A DNA stretch of 64,000 nt. It comes from Podospora anserina (lineage: Eukaryota). The stretch lies in NCBI GenBank assembly GCA_017654855.1, contig CM030335.1, positions 3,472,001 through 3,536,000 on the forward strand, read 5' to 3'. This document shows positions 49,964 through 62,920 of the stretch, one piece after another. Under the pieces are notes generated by a model. The model was given only the letters and a program-made list of their open reading frames with translations. It did no database searches and was not told where the DNA came from. Each line of letters begins with the position of its first letter. The first letter of the stretch is position 1. The position numbers and the translations under genes are program-made.

Positions 49964-50172
49964 GGTCGCAGTCTCGGAAAAGGAGGAGAAGGTGCCAGGT
50001 CTGAGGTTGTGTACCTGTAGAGGGGCCGTTGCCTTTTGAACCGAAGCTGTCACGCTGTGCAACCAAGTCGCCAAGACAGAGGATCGCCAAGAATGAGGAC
50101 GGATGGGCGTCCTCACAGCGGGACCATTGGGTGGGTATCATTGATTCTTAGACATTCTACGTACCCATGGCC

Positions 50173-51066
50173 TTACTTTTGCCGTATGTTTTTAGGCTTG
50201 CGCTTTTTGAAAACAACCGCTGCAACAGCCGGCTCTTCGTTGCCGAGCTCCTGTTTGACCATGGCTGGAGGCGCCTCATCTTGGACAGCTTGGATGGCTT
50301 CCAGAGCAGGCCCGTCCTGGCTTTCCTCCTTCTTAACGACTGGAGCCTCGGGCACACCCTCCTCCCCCTTGACTTCGCCCTTAACCTCGGTGTCCTTCTC
50401 TTTCTTGGTCTTGACAATCGTCCCACTCAGCAGCTCCTCCAACTCTTTATCCTCTTCTTCTGGCATGCTTTTCGATCCAACCCCCCACCTCTTCCGTTTC
50501 TTGAACAGCCCATTCAGAGCCTCCTCTTGTTCCTTTTCTTCTTCTGTCCTTTCTCTTTCCCTCTTGACTCCCACCGCTCTGCCCTCATCTTTGGTATCAT
50601 CAGCAGTCTTATTGCCAGAATCTCCATCGTCAACGACCCTCGTAGAAGTGACGCTCCACTCCCCCACCATAGCCATATCCTTCCTCAGTTCGGTCGGGAT
50701 ATTCACCCCCAACTCGGCCAGCTGCTCCAGTTGTCTCTGTCGTTCAGCCTGTGATAGCTGCCCTGTTGGCGCTGCTGGTGGTGGCGCGCTGCTAGTGCTG
50801 CTGCCATGTTTCTTCGCCCCGGCGCCTCCACTCCCACTCCCTGACGCGGAAACAACTCCATTCAGCCTTTCCACCTCCCTCTTGGCCCTGTCCTTCTCTC
50901 GTTGTTCTTGCTCGGCGGATCTGTGGAGGTCGCGAAGGGAGCGCTTGATGGCGCCCTGATGTTTGCCCGTAGACTCGTGGTTGGCGCGCTCGAGCTTGGT
51001 GTCGCGGACGTAGACGGAGCAGTGTTTGCACCAGTACTTGGGGGTTGATTTCCAGTATTCCGACAT
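50173..51066 (-). CDS. U1-type/matrin zinc-finger protein (WBP4/FBP21-like splicing-associated)
   Basis: MSEYWKSTPKYWCKHCSVYVRDTKLERANHESTGKHQGAIKRSLR and C-terminal VFKKRK. Confidence 0.9.
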   Translation of the reverse strand: MSEYWKSTPKYWCKHCSVYVRDTKLERANHESTGKHQGAIKRSLRDLHRSAEQEQREKDRAKREVERLNGVVSASGSGSGGAGAKKHGSSTSSAPPPAAPTGQLSQAERQRQLEQLAELGVNIPTELRKDMAMVGEWSVTSTRVVDDGDSGNKTADDTKDEGRAVGVKRERERTEEEKEQEEALNGLFKKRKRWGVGSKSMPEEEDKELEELLSGTIVKTKKEKDTEVKGEVKGEEGVPEAPVVKKEESQDGPALEAIQAVQDEAPPAMVKQELGNEEPAVAAVVFKKRKPKNIRQK

Positions 51067-51921
51067 TGTGGGCGGTGTGTAGGCGTCAGATGTGTTGATG
51101 AGGATGGTCGTCGCAGAATGTTTGATGATGGCTGACAGCCAAGCAAATGGATAATGGATGCGGCAGGCCGGAAAAGTCCCGGAGTATGGGAGTCTTGGCA
51201 GCGAGCAAACAGTGCACGAACCATATGGCAGCCCCACCACACCACTGCAGGATCCCGTATGATTACCCAACACGACAGACGCCATCATCATCGCGACATG
51301 TCCGCGTCGACTTCATTCCACACCTCAGCTCTCATCGGTTTCATGTTTGACTCATCACTCAGACCGCCGATGGTGATGTCCTCGGAGTGGTGGGGTGAGA
51401 TCATGTCATGCCCTACCACACGACAGTGCGCCCAGAGTTATCGAGATATCTTTCTCCCATTGTATAAAGCTTGCCCTCCTCTCTCGAGAGCCCATCTACT
51501 TACAAAAAAGACGAAGCGTCGAAAAAGAAGATCGCCGCAGTAATAGAGAGTTATGTAATTATCACCTCCCCCTGATTACGTCCCATGTATCTTGTCCCCC
51601 CATGTCATCATGAACTGCAAAAGAAATCCCGAGAACAAAGCTGGAAAGAAGAAAACGACCTCAAATTGCCACCCACCTCAAAAGTAAACACAAGTGAAAT
51701 CTTCGTGTTAGCTTGCCTCCCCTAGCTTTCATCATTATCGTGCCCATGATTCCCCTTTCCCCCAGATCCCCCCGCTTTTTGATGACCCATTAAAAGGCGA
51801 GAAAACAACGCGCCTTGCCCGAAGAAAAGAAAAAGAATTAACAATGTAAAGGCGGTCAGGGTTCGTGAAAAAGATGGTCTGGTAGAGATGAGTTGCCGGT
51901 TAGGCTGGCGGTGGAAGGCGG

Positions 51922-52981
51922 TTAGAGAAGGCAGAAGATGCCGACGACTCCGACCAAAAGGGCGGAGGCCACTTGCAATCTGCCGGCAGAGTTGACGCCC
52001 GGAGCTCTAGTGGGGACGACGGCTGGCTCTGTGGGAACAACGCCGGGGGTTTGGAGGGTATCGTTGCTCGTTGGCGGGAGAGGGCCACCAGCCGCAGAAG
52101 GCGTGGGAGCGGGCTTCTGCGTAACTTGGATCTGTCCATCCGAGAACTGAGAGACAGGTGGGATGTTGACAGATGCGGCCGAAGAGGGAGGAACCGTCAG
52201 TGCCGCGCAGGGCGTGGTATGGCCCTGAATCTGGCCTGTTTGATGGGATTAGTGTTTGTCAACAGAGCAAAGAGTGGCGGAGCAACTTACCATCGCCGAT
52301 TTGGCAAATCGGGATTGGCACAGTGGTCGTGACAACCTGAGGCTGCCCATCCGCCAAGGGGATCACCACGGTGGTGGTGGCCATCTCGGTGCCGACTGTG
52401 CGCTGGCCATTGTCGACAGCGCCGGCACCACCGCAGGGCAAAACCAGAATCTCAACTGGAGAGCATTGCTCGGCCCAGTAACGATCGTACAGGTTGTAAA
52501 AGTTGCCAGAGCGGCACTGGTACCAAACAGCGGAGTCACCCAAAGCCAAGGAGCCGTTGGGACAGTGGGAGAAACCAGCCGTGTAGATGGCACCTGCCTG
52601 GGGGGGGTCGTCAAACTGAAACTGATAGTTGCTGGCGATGTAGCCAGTGCGACCGGCGGAATCGGTAATGACTCCATCGTTGAGTTCGGCAAGCAGGACA
52701 CCGTTGCCAGTGCAAGCGGTGCGCTTCTATTACAACGCAACAAGTAGGTTAGTTCTGTCACCCATTCATATGCCGACCCGACAACTAACCTTGTGCTCGA
52801 TAAAGTCGCGCTTCTGGACACTACCCGCATCCACGACGGCGATCTCGAATTTACCATCGATGGTGGGCTCACAGCCAGCGGCACCAGTGGCGGTCGGCGC
52901 AATCTTCTCGGTAACGCCTTGGGCCGCCACCACGGCCGGACCCAAGATGGCTGCGAGCAGGGTGATCACGTGGAACTTCAT
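51922..52981 (-). CDS. PIR/Cis3-like cell-wall protein with probable GPI signal
   Basis: Signal peptide, GRTGYIASNYQFQFDDPPQAGAIYTAGF, WYQCRSGNFYNLYD, PIR motifs QIGDGQIQ and SQFSDGQIQ, hydrophobic C-terminus ...VVGIFCLL*; two introns. Confidence 0.9.
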
Positions 52982-55211
52982 CCTTGCGATGATTCGAGTT
53001 GGGACCAGGCGAATAGAATGATCAGAAAGATGCGTCGCCTCGTTGTAGAGATTTCCTGAATTTTGAAGTGGTGGTTTGACACTCGGCCCTTGCGGTGGTG
53101 GTGGTGGTGGAAACGAAGGTTGGCGGTTTGGGTGTGTGTGAGGGAGGGGAAAAAGTTTGTGGGATCGAGGGAGAGGCGGAACCCAGAAAGAAATACCTCC
53201 CAAGTGGAATGGACCTCTCGATATATTGTGCTAGGTATGCTCGGCGTCATCCCATGCCCCCGTACACCCCTCCGTACACCCCCGTACGTACCGTACCTCC
53301 CGGGGGGCCTCAGGTGAGGTACATTACCAGAGCTCTGTGTTGCCCTGGGATCAAAGCTGCGATGCGGGTCCTTCTGGTACCCGCATACACACAATCTGCA
53401 GCGCACATGGATGGCCGTCATGTTCCCGCCACTGGATCCCTACCGGGGTTCAGTCTGTGTCTCTACTGTGTGGCATCTGAAGAGCGGCTTGGGAACAGGT
53501 TGAGATACGAGGTTGGGACGCGTTCCGCTCATCGCTTGTCAAAGATGGCAGGGCGGGCAGGGCGGTGATGTCAGAGACATATCTGAACGGTCTCCCTAGC
53601 CGGCATTCTTAGGTCCGGGTGTCTTGGGCCACCTCCAAGCAGTGTCAGGCCCCCTTATCAGCGTGATTCGTGTGTGTTCTTGTTTTCGTTCATCATTGAC
53701 CAGGAGATCAATCATCTTTTTTCTTCCGGCAAACATCCATTGATGGTGGAGACATGGAAGCCGGGTCCCTGCCGTGGAACCTTTTGTGCTGACTGGGAGT
53801 CAGGCACCTGCAGCTGCTCCGGGAAGCTGCCCAATCTCCGGATCGGACGCCCGCCCCGTTTCAGGGAGAGCCAGGCGAACTGCCCGCCCATTGATGGTTC
53901 ATACCCTTTAAGGCCGGAGATATCTCCATCCATCCATCCCAGCTTGTCACTCTACACAAAGGTATCCAACGTTGCGTCTGAGAGAGGAGCGTCACATGCC
54001 CCCCGCCGGGTGTCCTCCGAACAGCCATCGCGTGAGCCTCCTCGTGGAATGTTTCCGTGGGCCGAGTGGCCGACTCTGGTTTAGAATGTCTCTGTCATTC
54101 TCTGACAGCAGGCGAGCAGCAGTTTGGCTGTGCAGTGGACCACCCCGCGGCAGTTGCGTCGATCATACCCCCACCATTCTCCACTTCTTAACGGCACTTG
54201 GAAAAATAAGCATTTCGGCAGTGGTGCAGTGGATTTGAGTGGTGGGGAATGGAAGCCTCTCAGTCTCGTTTTAGTCCGTCGCACATGACTTTGGCGCAGC
54301 TGCATATAGATTGCCCCGGGGATTAGCAGGGACATCTGTCTCCAAAGCATACGCATACGTCAAAACGCCATGCGGCCCGAGATAATTAGTTCGCCTGTCA
54401 CGCCAGCAACCTTCTCGATCTTCTTCAGGCTCAGTCCTCAGATCTCGGAGCACATGGCCCAAGTCCATGAATGGAAACTGGTACCGCCGTTATGCCAAAC
54501 TCGCAAGTAACGGTTACTCGGCAGCAGGAACCAGCTACGACGTTTCACCAAATCTTGCTGATCTCGGCTTTTTGAAAGGGTGGCTGCCGACGCCTGTTGG
54601 ACATCCCTCGCACCGCAGCTTTCAAAACACAGCTCAATCTTGGGACCTTACACCATGGGGCACAGGGGTCCTCTTCTCAAGAAAAGCAAGAACAGCACGT
54701 CCATTTCCCCTGCTTTTGTCCTCTCACTACAGTGTTGACAGAGTGAGGAAGCAGTTCGAAGCCGAACTTTGACAGAGGCATTATCAAACCCATCGACCAT
54801 GCCATATGATATAGGTGCGCAACACACTCTCAGCAACAGCCGCACCTTCGACATGATACTCTGCAATCGACCCCTGTTCCTGACTTCCATTTCTCACGGC
54901 CGAACCGGGCCTCGGCTGCCTGCTACTCTCCCAAAAGACGACAACCGGCTTCCAGCAACTGTCTCACGCCGGGAACACAGGTGTTTTGGTTCAATTTTGG
55001 TTCGCTTCCTATTCTTCCATTTCAGCCTGGACAGACATGGGATGCTTCGTGGAAATTTTGGAGGTGTCATTCAAATGTGATCTCTACCATGGACGCCCAT
55101 AATTACAATAACGACCACCCCAAACGACGTATCACCCAACGTGTACCCAATATATATACCACATTACCCTCGCGTCTATTCATTCAACCATGGCAGTCCT
55201 CTTCACCATGT

Positions 55212-56385
55212 CTACTGCTGCGGTGGGTAATACGAATGTCCAGGAGCCTCCGCGGCCTGAGGGAACGAATGTCCAGGAGCCTCCGCGGCCTGAGGGTACG
55301 GATGTGGCTGCTGCTGCTGCTGCTGTTGCTGAGGATAGGCATAAGGCTGGGGGGTGCCCGTCGGCTGGGGCGTTTGATATTGCTGTTGATACGGGCTTGG
55401 GGTACCTACAGGGCTCGGTTGGAAGGGAGCCTGCGGTTGTTGATATTGCTGAGATGGCTGGGCAGTATATTGCTGTTGCTGCTGTGGTTGTTGCTGTGGT
55501 TGTTGTTGTTGTTGTTGTTGTTGCTGTTGCTGGGGGGGATACTGCTGGGGAAACTGGGTCTGGGGCTGGTACTGCTGCTGGGAGTTGTAGACTGGTCCAG
55601 GAGCAGGGGCGGCCTGTTGCTGTGTGGCAAGCATCGGGGCTCCTTGGGCATTCAGCTCGGCGTCAGCAGGCTTCTTGTTCGCCTGGTGCCAAAGCCGGAA
55701 TGTATGGCCATGGTACACAAGCGTGGCGATAAAGAGGAGCCTTCTTGGGCGTTAATTGAGTATCATCAAGGAACTGGAGAGGGTTACTCACCACATGAGC
55801 GCGCTCAGACCTGCGGCGCCGCTTGTCAAGCCGAGCCCCGTCTGGGTCAAGACGGCAGCGCGTTTCTCGAGGGCTCGCTTCACCGGATATACATCGCAAG
55901 TCTTGCTGGAGACAGCGGAACCGTCATCGCGGCAATTTGCAGTACTGACAGGCACGACGAATCGTGCCCGTCTGGCAGCAATGGAACCCAAGGCGGCGAG
56001 CCACAAAACCGCCATCAAGAAATCAAGCGACAGCACAGCCCAAATATTATACGCTTCACGCGCCCCTGACACCTTCTCGGTGATAAGAACGTAACCGATA
56101 ACAATCCACGTAAAGACAACCTAGGTAGCACAGGTCAGCGCATGTCGGCCAAGGCAAGCGGCTGGGTCGAGCACTCACGCAAGCGATCCCAAAGGCGAGC
56201 TCCTCAATCATCACGTCATGGATGACAGCGCCAGCCATGCCCAAGATTATGAGAGAAAAGAAAACCTGGGCGCCCCTGGTCACCACGATCCACACAGGCG
56301 TGTGCTGGACATAATGCTCCTGGCTTCCGGAGGGTGCAGCAACTGGCGCCGAAGCGTACTGAACTGGGGGCTTGACTTCGGACAT
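55212..56385 (-). CDS. MARVEL-like four-TM membrane protein with Gln/Pro-rich C-terminal tail
   Basis: RGAQVFFSLIILGM, YNIWAVLSLDFLMAVLWLAALG, GAAGLSALMW; two introns; polyQ tail. Confidence 0.85.
55232..55297. repeat. 33-bp tandem duplication within the coding tail (PQAAEAPGHS x2)
   Basis: acgaatgtccaggagcctccgcggcctgaggg occurs twice in tandem. Confidence 0.9.
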
Positions 56386-58679
56386 GTTGAAGACGGGCGG
56401 GTGTCTTGAGCGATACCCAATGTGGTGTCGTTTGGACGTGGTCCAGTTGGAGATGAAGGACCCAACAGGTGTGAAATCAAGAAAGGTCAATCAACAGACA
56501 AGAAGGAAGGGGGCCAGAAGGCTCTCGGTGGGGGGCCGTGGCTTTAAGGCAGAGGGTTACCCTGAACATCTGATAGCAGAGCCGCCCCAGTGCCAACTGG
56601 AGCCAGACGAGTTCCCTTCGCGCTCCGCATTGTGCCCAAGCGCGTTCGGAAGCGTTTGCAAGGCAGACTCGAAATCAGACCAGGGTCTTTCACCGTGGGA
56701 AAGCTCCAGGCCCATGGTCGTGAGGCCCAATGGGGTAAGTTTCTGGCCGCTTTTCGTTCAGCCGCACTTTCTTCGGCGTGACACCTCCGATGGACACTTT
56801 GGTTCAGCTCCCTGCCCGGCTTGGTTGCCCACGACCAAGGGCAAGATGGGGGGAGTCCAGACCCTGCTATTGAAGACCATCCCGGGTTTTCAGGTTCAAG
56901 AAAAAAAACACAACAGTAACAAAACGACATTTCCATTTACTCGATGCTTTCCAGACCAGTCTCAGCGTCCCAAAAAGCTTTGGGCATCACTCTTGTGAGC
57001 GAGCTGGCGAGCGAGGGAAGCAATATTGGTCTTGGCGACAGGGGTCGCTGCAGACACCACATTAACCGCTATGCCGCATACGAGACCGCTCCTCGTGCCA
57101 CGCTTGGCTATCTAATTGGTGGCAACCACTCACGAAGCTGTCGATAGGTTGGGTTGTTCTGCGGGAGTGGCTTTGAGATCCAGAAGTTGGACCCGAAGAA
57201 ATCATCACCTGTATGGAAGATGGAATATCCATCTGCGTTTAGAGCACCCGTCTAGAAAGCAATTCACCACTAAAACTACAACCGAGCTTTTCCCCAGCCG
57301 CTAGCATCCCAAAAAAGCAAATTCGTCTTTCAATTGGAAGTCCGCCAAGCTTAGAGCCTCGTCTGGTCAGCCGCTCGGAGACATCCGATCTCAGGATGCG
57401 GGGAAGTCTTTTCTTTCTTTCCCGCGCTGTGGCCGCTGCGGTCCCGAAATATCCCATCTTGTACCACCGAACAAAAAGATCAAATTGGGTCGTCTCTGCG
57501 AATGGGGAATTTTTATGCAGCCTGTTGCTAGTCCACCAGGACCACCATTTCGCTTCAGGCTTCTTATCGTAGATTTCCACCCACGTTTGTGAGGTTTGTG
57601 AGGTGTGGTAGCGAGAAGTTTGAAGGGGATAAAGATCGGAGCTGCAGCTCCTATTGGCTTCATATCGAGCTCCTGAGGCTTTCTTGGTGGGGGGGGGGCC
57701 GGGAGGGCGGTTGCAGCGGATAGCTTAACGCCTTTTGTAACGGCTTCGGCAAGAGGTAGGAAATATGGGGTGGTGGTTAGGTATCATGTAGGCTTTGGGG
57801 TTTGGCGTCGGCTGTGAGTCTTCGGGGATAGTAACGCCGTTTTGCTCGTGATGATGGCAAGTGAGGGGCTCTGTTGATGATGACTCCACTGGGGCCACCA
57901 GTGAGGGGAGGCTTTCCTCCCTTTTTCTTCATGAATGACATCGTGGGGGTATTACCTGCTACTTGATAGGTGCATTCTCTTGTTGTGGGATAAACAGTAC
58001 TCAAGAGCATCTTTGAGAGGTCAACTGGATACAAACCGTAGGCTTTAACCAGCAAACGCCCTACAAAGGGGCTGGTTCTTCAGAACGCCTCTCAGGAACC
58101 GGATAAATATTTTTTCGTGGTTGAAGGTTAAGAACTTATGATAACCTCAGCAAGCCTTGGCCTATTTCCAGCCTTAATTCCAAACTCAACACCTTGAGCG
58201 TTCACACCCACCGAACGCGGAGAAGTCTCAGCAAAAGGAGCCTCAACATGACTCGGATGATCTGGAGAGATAAAAGTCCGAATACTTCTGAAGTTGATCG
58301 GTGCTCTGTTGGTTTAATGGTCAACTATCTGTGTGGGCTACTGGTAGCAGGGAGGAGAGACGTGTTGTTTTGTGAAGATATATACCACCCGGCCTTCCCT
58401 GTGTGGAAGGACGACGTCCTTTCGGGAAGCTCGACCAGAATGCTTGTTTCAAATGAAATATCAAAATAATGATACTCCGTTTGCGCTTCCATGCATTACG
58501 ATTCTGGAAGATGGTTGGAACGCCCAGACAAATAAAACATCACACCATGTCTGGTACTCAATTCCCAGCAAGACAAATCAAACAGTATCGTCTCCTAGGA
58601 AGGTAGCATACATATATATAATTCGACGAAAGCTAAGGTCATCCTCCGTAACAACCACTGCAAGACAGTCAAAACCACA

Positions 58680-59630
58680 TCACTTTGACTGAGCCCATCC
58701 ACTCTTCTTCTGCAACCACTGCTCCATCGTCATCAGACCCGGGTAATCTCTTCTCCTCGCCTCAATATCAGCTGCATACCCATCGCTCGCAAACCACGCA
58801 ATCATGGTTCCCATCTCCTTCACCGCATACGTCAACGCACTGCCCAAAAACCAGTACGTGATCGGCGCAGGCTGTCCAGTAGCCTTGGTGAACGCCCTAC
58901 CCAGCTGCTCAACAGTCAACTCATCACCCGCCAGCCCAACCGCCTTCCTGTTCCACTTCTCAGGATCCTCGAATGCCATGGCAGCAAAGACACCAATGTC
59001 TGCCGTGGCAATCCACTGCAACGGCTTCCCATTGTCACCCAGCCAGTTCCTCAACGCAGCCATGAAAACCTTGGTAGGGAAGCCAGGGGCAAGGTTGTCC
59101 ATGAATGCCACTGGCCGCAAAATAGTCCACCCCATAGCAGCACCCGGCTTGCCCTCCTGGGCATCACGCAGGTGCGTCTCAATCTTCTGCTTGGACTGGA
59201 AATGGGGAATGGGGGTAGGGTTGTCCCACGACTTTTCATCACCGCCCCTTTCAACACTGGAGTAGACAAAGTGCTCGACTCCTGCCTCGAGGGCGCTGTC
59301 GATGAGAGCGGTGCCCTGCTTGACTTCACTTTCGACGGTGACACCGGGACCCATGGAGACCTGCACCGAGTAAACACCCCAGATGGGCTTGTTGTCGTTT
59401 GCCCTGAGGGCCTCTTCGAAGAGGGCAGGGACATCGTCAAGATCGCCTTTGACAAGCTTGATGTTGGGGCCGCGGGAGACCAGCCGCTTGGCAGAGGCGG
59501 AATCTGGATGGCGGGTGACGGCGAGGATGGTGAAAGGGGAGGAACCGGAGGCATCACGGTCGACGAGGGCGTCAATGACGGCTCCGCCTTGCTTGCCGGT
59601 TGCGCCGGTGATGAGGAGAGCTTTGGACAT
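58680..59630 (-). CDS. NmrA-like atypical SDR protein
   Basis: LITGATGKQGGAVI, GVEHFVYSSV, PHFQSKQKIE and WTILRPVAFMDN motifs. Confidence 0.93.
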   Translation of the reverse strand: MSKALLITGATGKQGGAVIDALVDRDASGSSPFTILAVTRHPDSASAKRLVSRGPNIKLVKGDLDDVPALFEEALRANDNKPIWGVYSVQVSMGPGVTVESEVKQGTALIDSALEAGVEHFVYSSVERGGDEKSWDNPTPIPHFQSKQKIETHLRDAQEGKPGAAMGWTILRPVAFMDNLAPGFPTKVFMAALRNWLGDNGKPLQWIATADIGVFAAMAFEDPEKWNRKAVGLAGDELTVEQLGRAFTKATGQPAPITYWFLGSALTYAVKEMGTMIAWFASDGYAADIEARRRDYPGLMTMEQWLQKKSGWAQSK

Positions 59631-60423
59631 GTTGGCGGGTGGATGTTCAGACGACCAGGGGGAGAAAGGCTTTAGAGTGCAGTTGCAGACTGGCGGTAGG
59701 ATATTTGAGGAGTGGTTATGCAGCGGTTGGGATGGCTATCTGAACCCCGCAGTCGAATGTTTTGGGTCGAAAGGGTTGAATGACGCGTGCAGACGTCACC
59801 GGCTGGATTTGAACGGGACTCGCTGCTGTCCCTATGTTGGAAGAGACGAGACGGGCAGATGCAAATACTTAACAAGATCCAGGGGCGAGAGACAATTAAA
59901 GTTGGGTCGAGTGCCTTGAAATACAAGCCATCGCAGCTTGCTTGCTCGCTAGGTGTGCATCGTCTTAGTTCTTGGTGCCGAGCCGGCTGGTGCTTTGTCA
60001 CCCATCGCGGGAGTCGAAGCAGCCACGAAAGCAACTCTTTGCCTGCCGTTGCTCGCATTTGTCATCCCTTAGGCAGTCTACGCCGTCATCACCCATAGCC
60101 GCGAGAGGTCCGGACTGACTCGATCCAATTTTGGAACAACGGGTGCAGCTAGTGACGAAATGAACTCAGGATGGCATCGTTCTCGCGAACATGTCTCGTC
60201 GCGGTGGCAACGGGAACGCGTGTTTCAGGACTGGAAAGAAGTATCGCGCGCAGAAGCAAGAATAGTTAATAGAATAGCATTGTGATGGGGAAGGGAATGA
60301 AAGACTGATAATAGACGATATCCCCAACATCTGATTATCATCACAGTGCCATCTTCGACATCACCGCCATCCATACCACATACACACCATCAACAATAAC
60401 GTGAATCGAAACAGTCAACCAAA

Positions 60424-60906
60424 ATGTCTTCCTCCCGCCTCCACACCATTCACGCCCTCCTCGACGGCTACTCTTCCCTCTCCGTCGACAAGATGACCGA
60501 GCGTCTCTCCAACGACTTCACCCACCACGTCCTCCCCGCCAGCCTTGACATGCCCCTCCGAAACAGAGACGAGTTCGCCCACCACGCCGGCGAGATCTTT
60601 TCCATCTTTCACACTTTCCACATGGTCCCTCTCACCATGTTTGAGGACGACAGGCAAAACATGGTCGTCATCAACGCCAGAATGGAGGGCATCCTCAAGA
60701 ACGGCGCCGAGTGGGTCAACGAGTGCGTCCTGATGGTGCGTCTGTCGAGGGACGGCCAGCAGGTCGTGGCCATCGAGGAGTTTGTCGACAGCTTCAAGGC
60801 CGTGGAGATGAAGAAGAGACATGCGCCCACGATGGATGTCCGCAGCACCGATATGGCTGGCAGCGCCAAGGAGGCCTTGTTTAGAAGTGTGGCTTTGTCT
60901 ACTTGA
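60424..60906 (+). CDS. SnoaL/NTF2-like protein (AusH/Trt14-like)
   Basis: 160-aa ORF with DFTHHVLPASL, WVNECVLMVRL and AIEEFVDS motifs; CAAAATG start. Confidence 0.8.
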   Translation: MSSSRLHTIHALLDGYSSLSVDKMTERLSNDFTHHVLPASLDMPLRNRDEFAHHAGEIFSIFHTFHMVPLTMFEDDRQNMVVINARMEGILKNGAEWVNECVLMVRLSRDGQQVVAIEEFVDSFKAVEMKKRHAPTMDVRSTDMAGSAKEALFRSVALST

Positions 60907-61347
60907 GTTTCTTCCTGCAGCACATCTTCTTCCTTCAATTCAATCGTGGGGGACTTTGTTTGCCGGAGTTTGATGAGCTTATGATAGACATGATTTTCGC
61001 TTTGTACTTGCTTCTTTCCGCAGCATTTATCTTCTCCTTTTTCATTATTTCTTGAATTATACGTTGGTGGCATTTCTTCAGTGGGAACAAGAGCGGGTTT
61101 GATCGAAACATTAACCACAGAACTCTGGCTCTTTGATAATTTCGTCTTTGTGGTTTGTTACAACTTTTAAGCCCCAGTTTCTTGCGGGCTCATGGTTTCA
61201 TCGTAGCATTTTTAATAGATTGGTGTCAGCAATTGATATAAACCCTTTGAATTTGTTCCACTTGACGACACAAACAATACCACTCCACCCCCAGACCCCT
61301 CTTTACCTTTGAATCTCTTGACCAATAATACCCTTTACACATCCAAT

Positions 61348-62019
61348 CTACACAATGACCCCCTTCACCGGCACCTCCTTCGCCCCCAAACTCTGCCACA
61401 GCCCCAAACTCCCCGCCACAAGCGGCATCAACGCCCTCACCAAGTTCAACTTGATCCACCTCCTAGCATAATACTCTGCCAAACTCACATCCACTCCCCC
61501 CTTCCCCTTACTCCCCGCCCCCTCGACAACCCCATCAGTCCTCTTGTTCCCCCCATCCACCACCTCTACCGCACTCAGACCCTCCAACTTCGCATTCAGC
61601 GGCTGCATGTTCAAGGCGCTATGAACAACAGTAACCAAGTGACACAGCGCGCAAACCCCCCAAATCTTCCAATTCCCCCTCTCCACCTGCCCATGCGCAG
61701 GCACGAGCGCGGTATGCCACCCGTTCTCCGCCGCCATGGCCGAGGCATATCTCCAGGCCGAGAAGGCAGTGTACCCATACCCGAGGATGCCAAGGGTGGA
61801 GATGGGCCGGAAGAACACATTGCCTACCTGCCAGAAGACAGGCCACTGGCGACCCAAGAGGCGGGCGGCGCGGGGGTGTTCGGGGGAGGATGGGCGGGGG
61901 AAGTCAATCAGGAGGGCGGGCACGCCCATGAAGGACTGCGTGATTGCGTTGCCGAGGAGGATGAAGGAGAAGGCGATTGTTGTGCCGGCTATGGCGTCCG
62001 GGGTGGGGAGGCTGACCAT
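61348..62019 (-). CDS. DUF1772/anthrone-oxygenase-like membrane protein
   Basis: QSFMGVPAL, RQWPVFWQVG, MQPLNAKL and RWIKLNLVRALMPLVAG motifs with hydrophobic helices. Confidence 0.75.
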   Translation of the reverse strand: MVSLPTPDAIAGTTIAFSFILLGNAITQSFMGVPALLIDFPRPSSPEHPRAARLLGRQWPVFWQVGNVFFRPISTLGILGYGYTAFSAWRYASAMAAENGWHTALVPAHGQVERGNWKIWGVCALCHLVTVVHSALNMQPLNAKLEGLSAVEVVDGGNKRTDGVVEGAGSKGKGGVDVSLAEYYARRWIKLNLVRALMPLVAGSLGLWQSLGAKEVPVKGVIV

Positions 62020-62026
62020 TTTTGCG

Positions 62027-62064
62027 GTGTGTGTGTGTGTGTGTGTGTGTGTGTCTGTGTGTGT
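62027..62064. repeat. (GT)n/(CA)n microsatellite immediately 5' of the DUF1772 start codon
   Basis: gtgtgtgt... run with one interruption. Confidence 0.95.
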
Positions 62065-62920
62065 ATGCGTTTGTGTGGATGAGGCGATGAGAAAGAAAGA
62101 GGAGGGGAAAACGAGGGCGTCGTGAAGTTGACAACTGAGATTTTGAGGGCAAAAAGGGGTAAATACTACACTAGGCTGAAGACGCAAAAACGAACCGACG
62201 ACATCATTGACGTCAATCCCGGGAGGAGCCTGACACGTTGTTTACGCTGTCGGTCTCGGCTGTTTACCACGCAATGTCTTGGGAGTCAGTCACGGCTTCA
62301 ATGTTTGTGGAAGTGTCTTGGCAGTGTTTCGGTGAAAAGTGATGTGCAATGGCGCTCATTATTACTGGTCTGGACCTCCGATGGGGAAGACATGTCTACT
62401 CTCGCCAAATCAAAAGTCATGAAGACGGGAGCAGCTCCCCTCTCCAAGCTGCCTACCTACCTTGCCTGCCGTGCTCCAGAGTCGGGAAAACTTAGCTCGA
62501 TCCGGCGCCTGCCATGCTTCTGTCCAACATAACCTAGCGTCCGGCCCGAGTCGTACAGGATGGAAACAGCTTGCCAGTAGGCCCAACCTTAACTCCAGGC
62601 CGGCCTTCATTGCCTTTCGCATCGCCAGTCTATCATCCCACGATACCTTTCTGTCACGTTGGCCTCCGGGCCATTCTCCTCTGTTCAGACTATTATATCG
62701 TCTTTCAATTGATAACCTAGAATATCGTCCGTCAAAACACTCGATCCCAGAATCCAAGTTACAAATGTCCAAAGAATCCTCCCAATCCTCCCTTCCAACA
62801 GCACCCAGCTGGGCAAGCAAGTATCCAGCTCGCCAGTTCGAACAAAACCTATGCCTACAAAGAGAAATTCTAATAACGCCTCATGATCCGACATTAACTG
62901 TCTATATCCAACGTGGCATG

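Noticed and set aside
50036-50959. 307-aa Ser/Leu-rich plus-strand ORF
   Set aside because: Antisense shadow of the Glu/Lys-rich zinc-finger gene.
54981-56069. 362-aa poly-Leu plus-strand ORF
   Set aside because: Antisense reading of the polyQ (CAG/CAA) tract.
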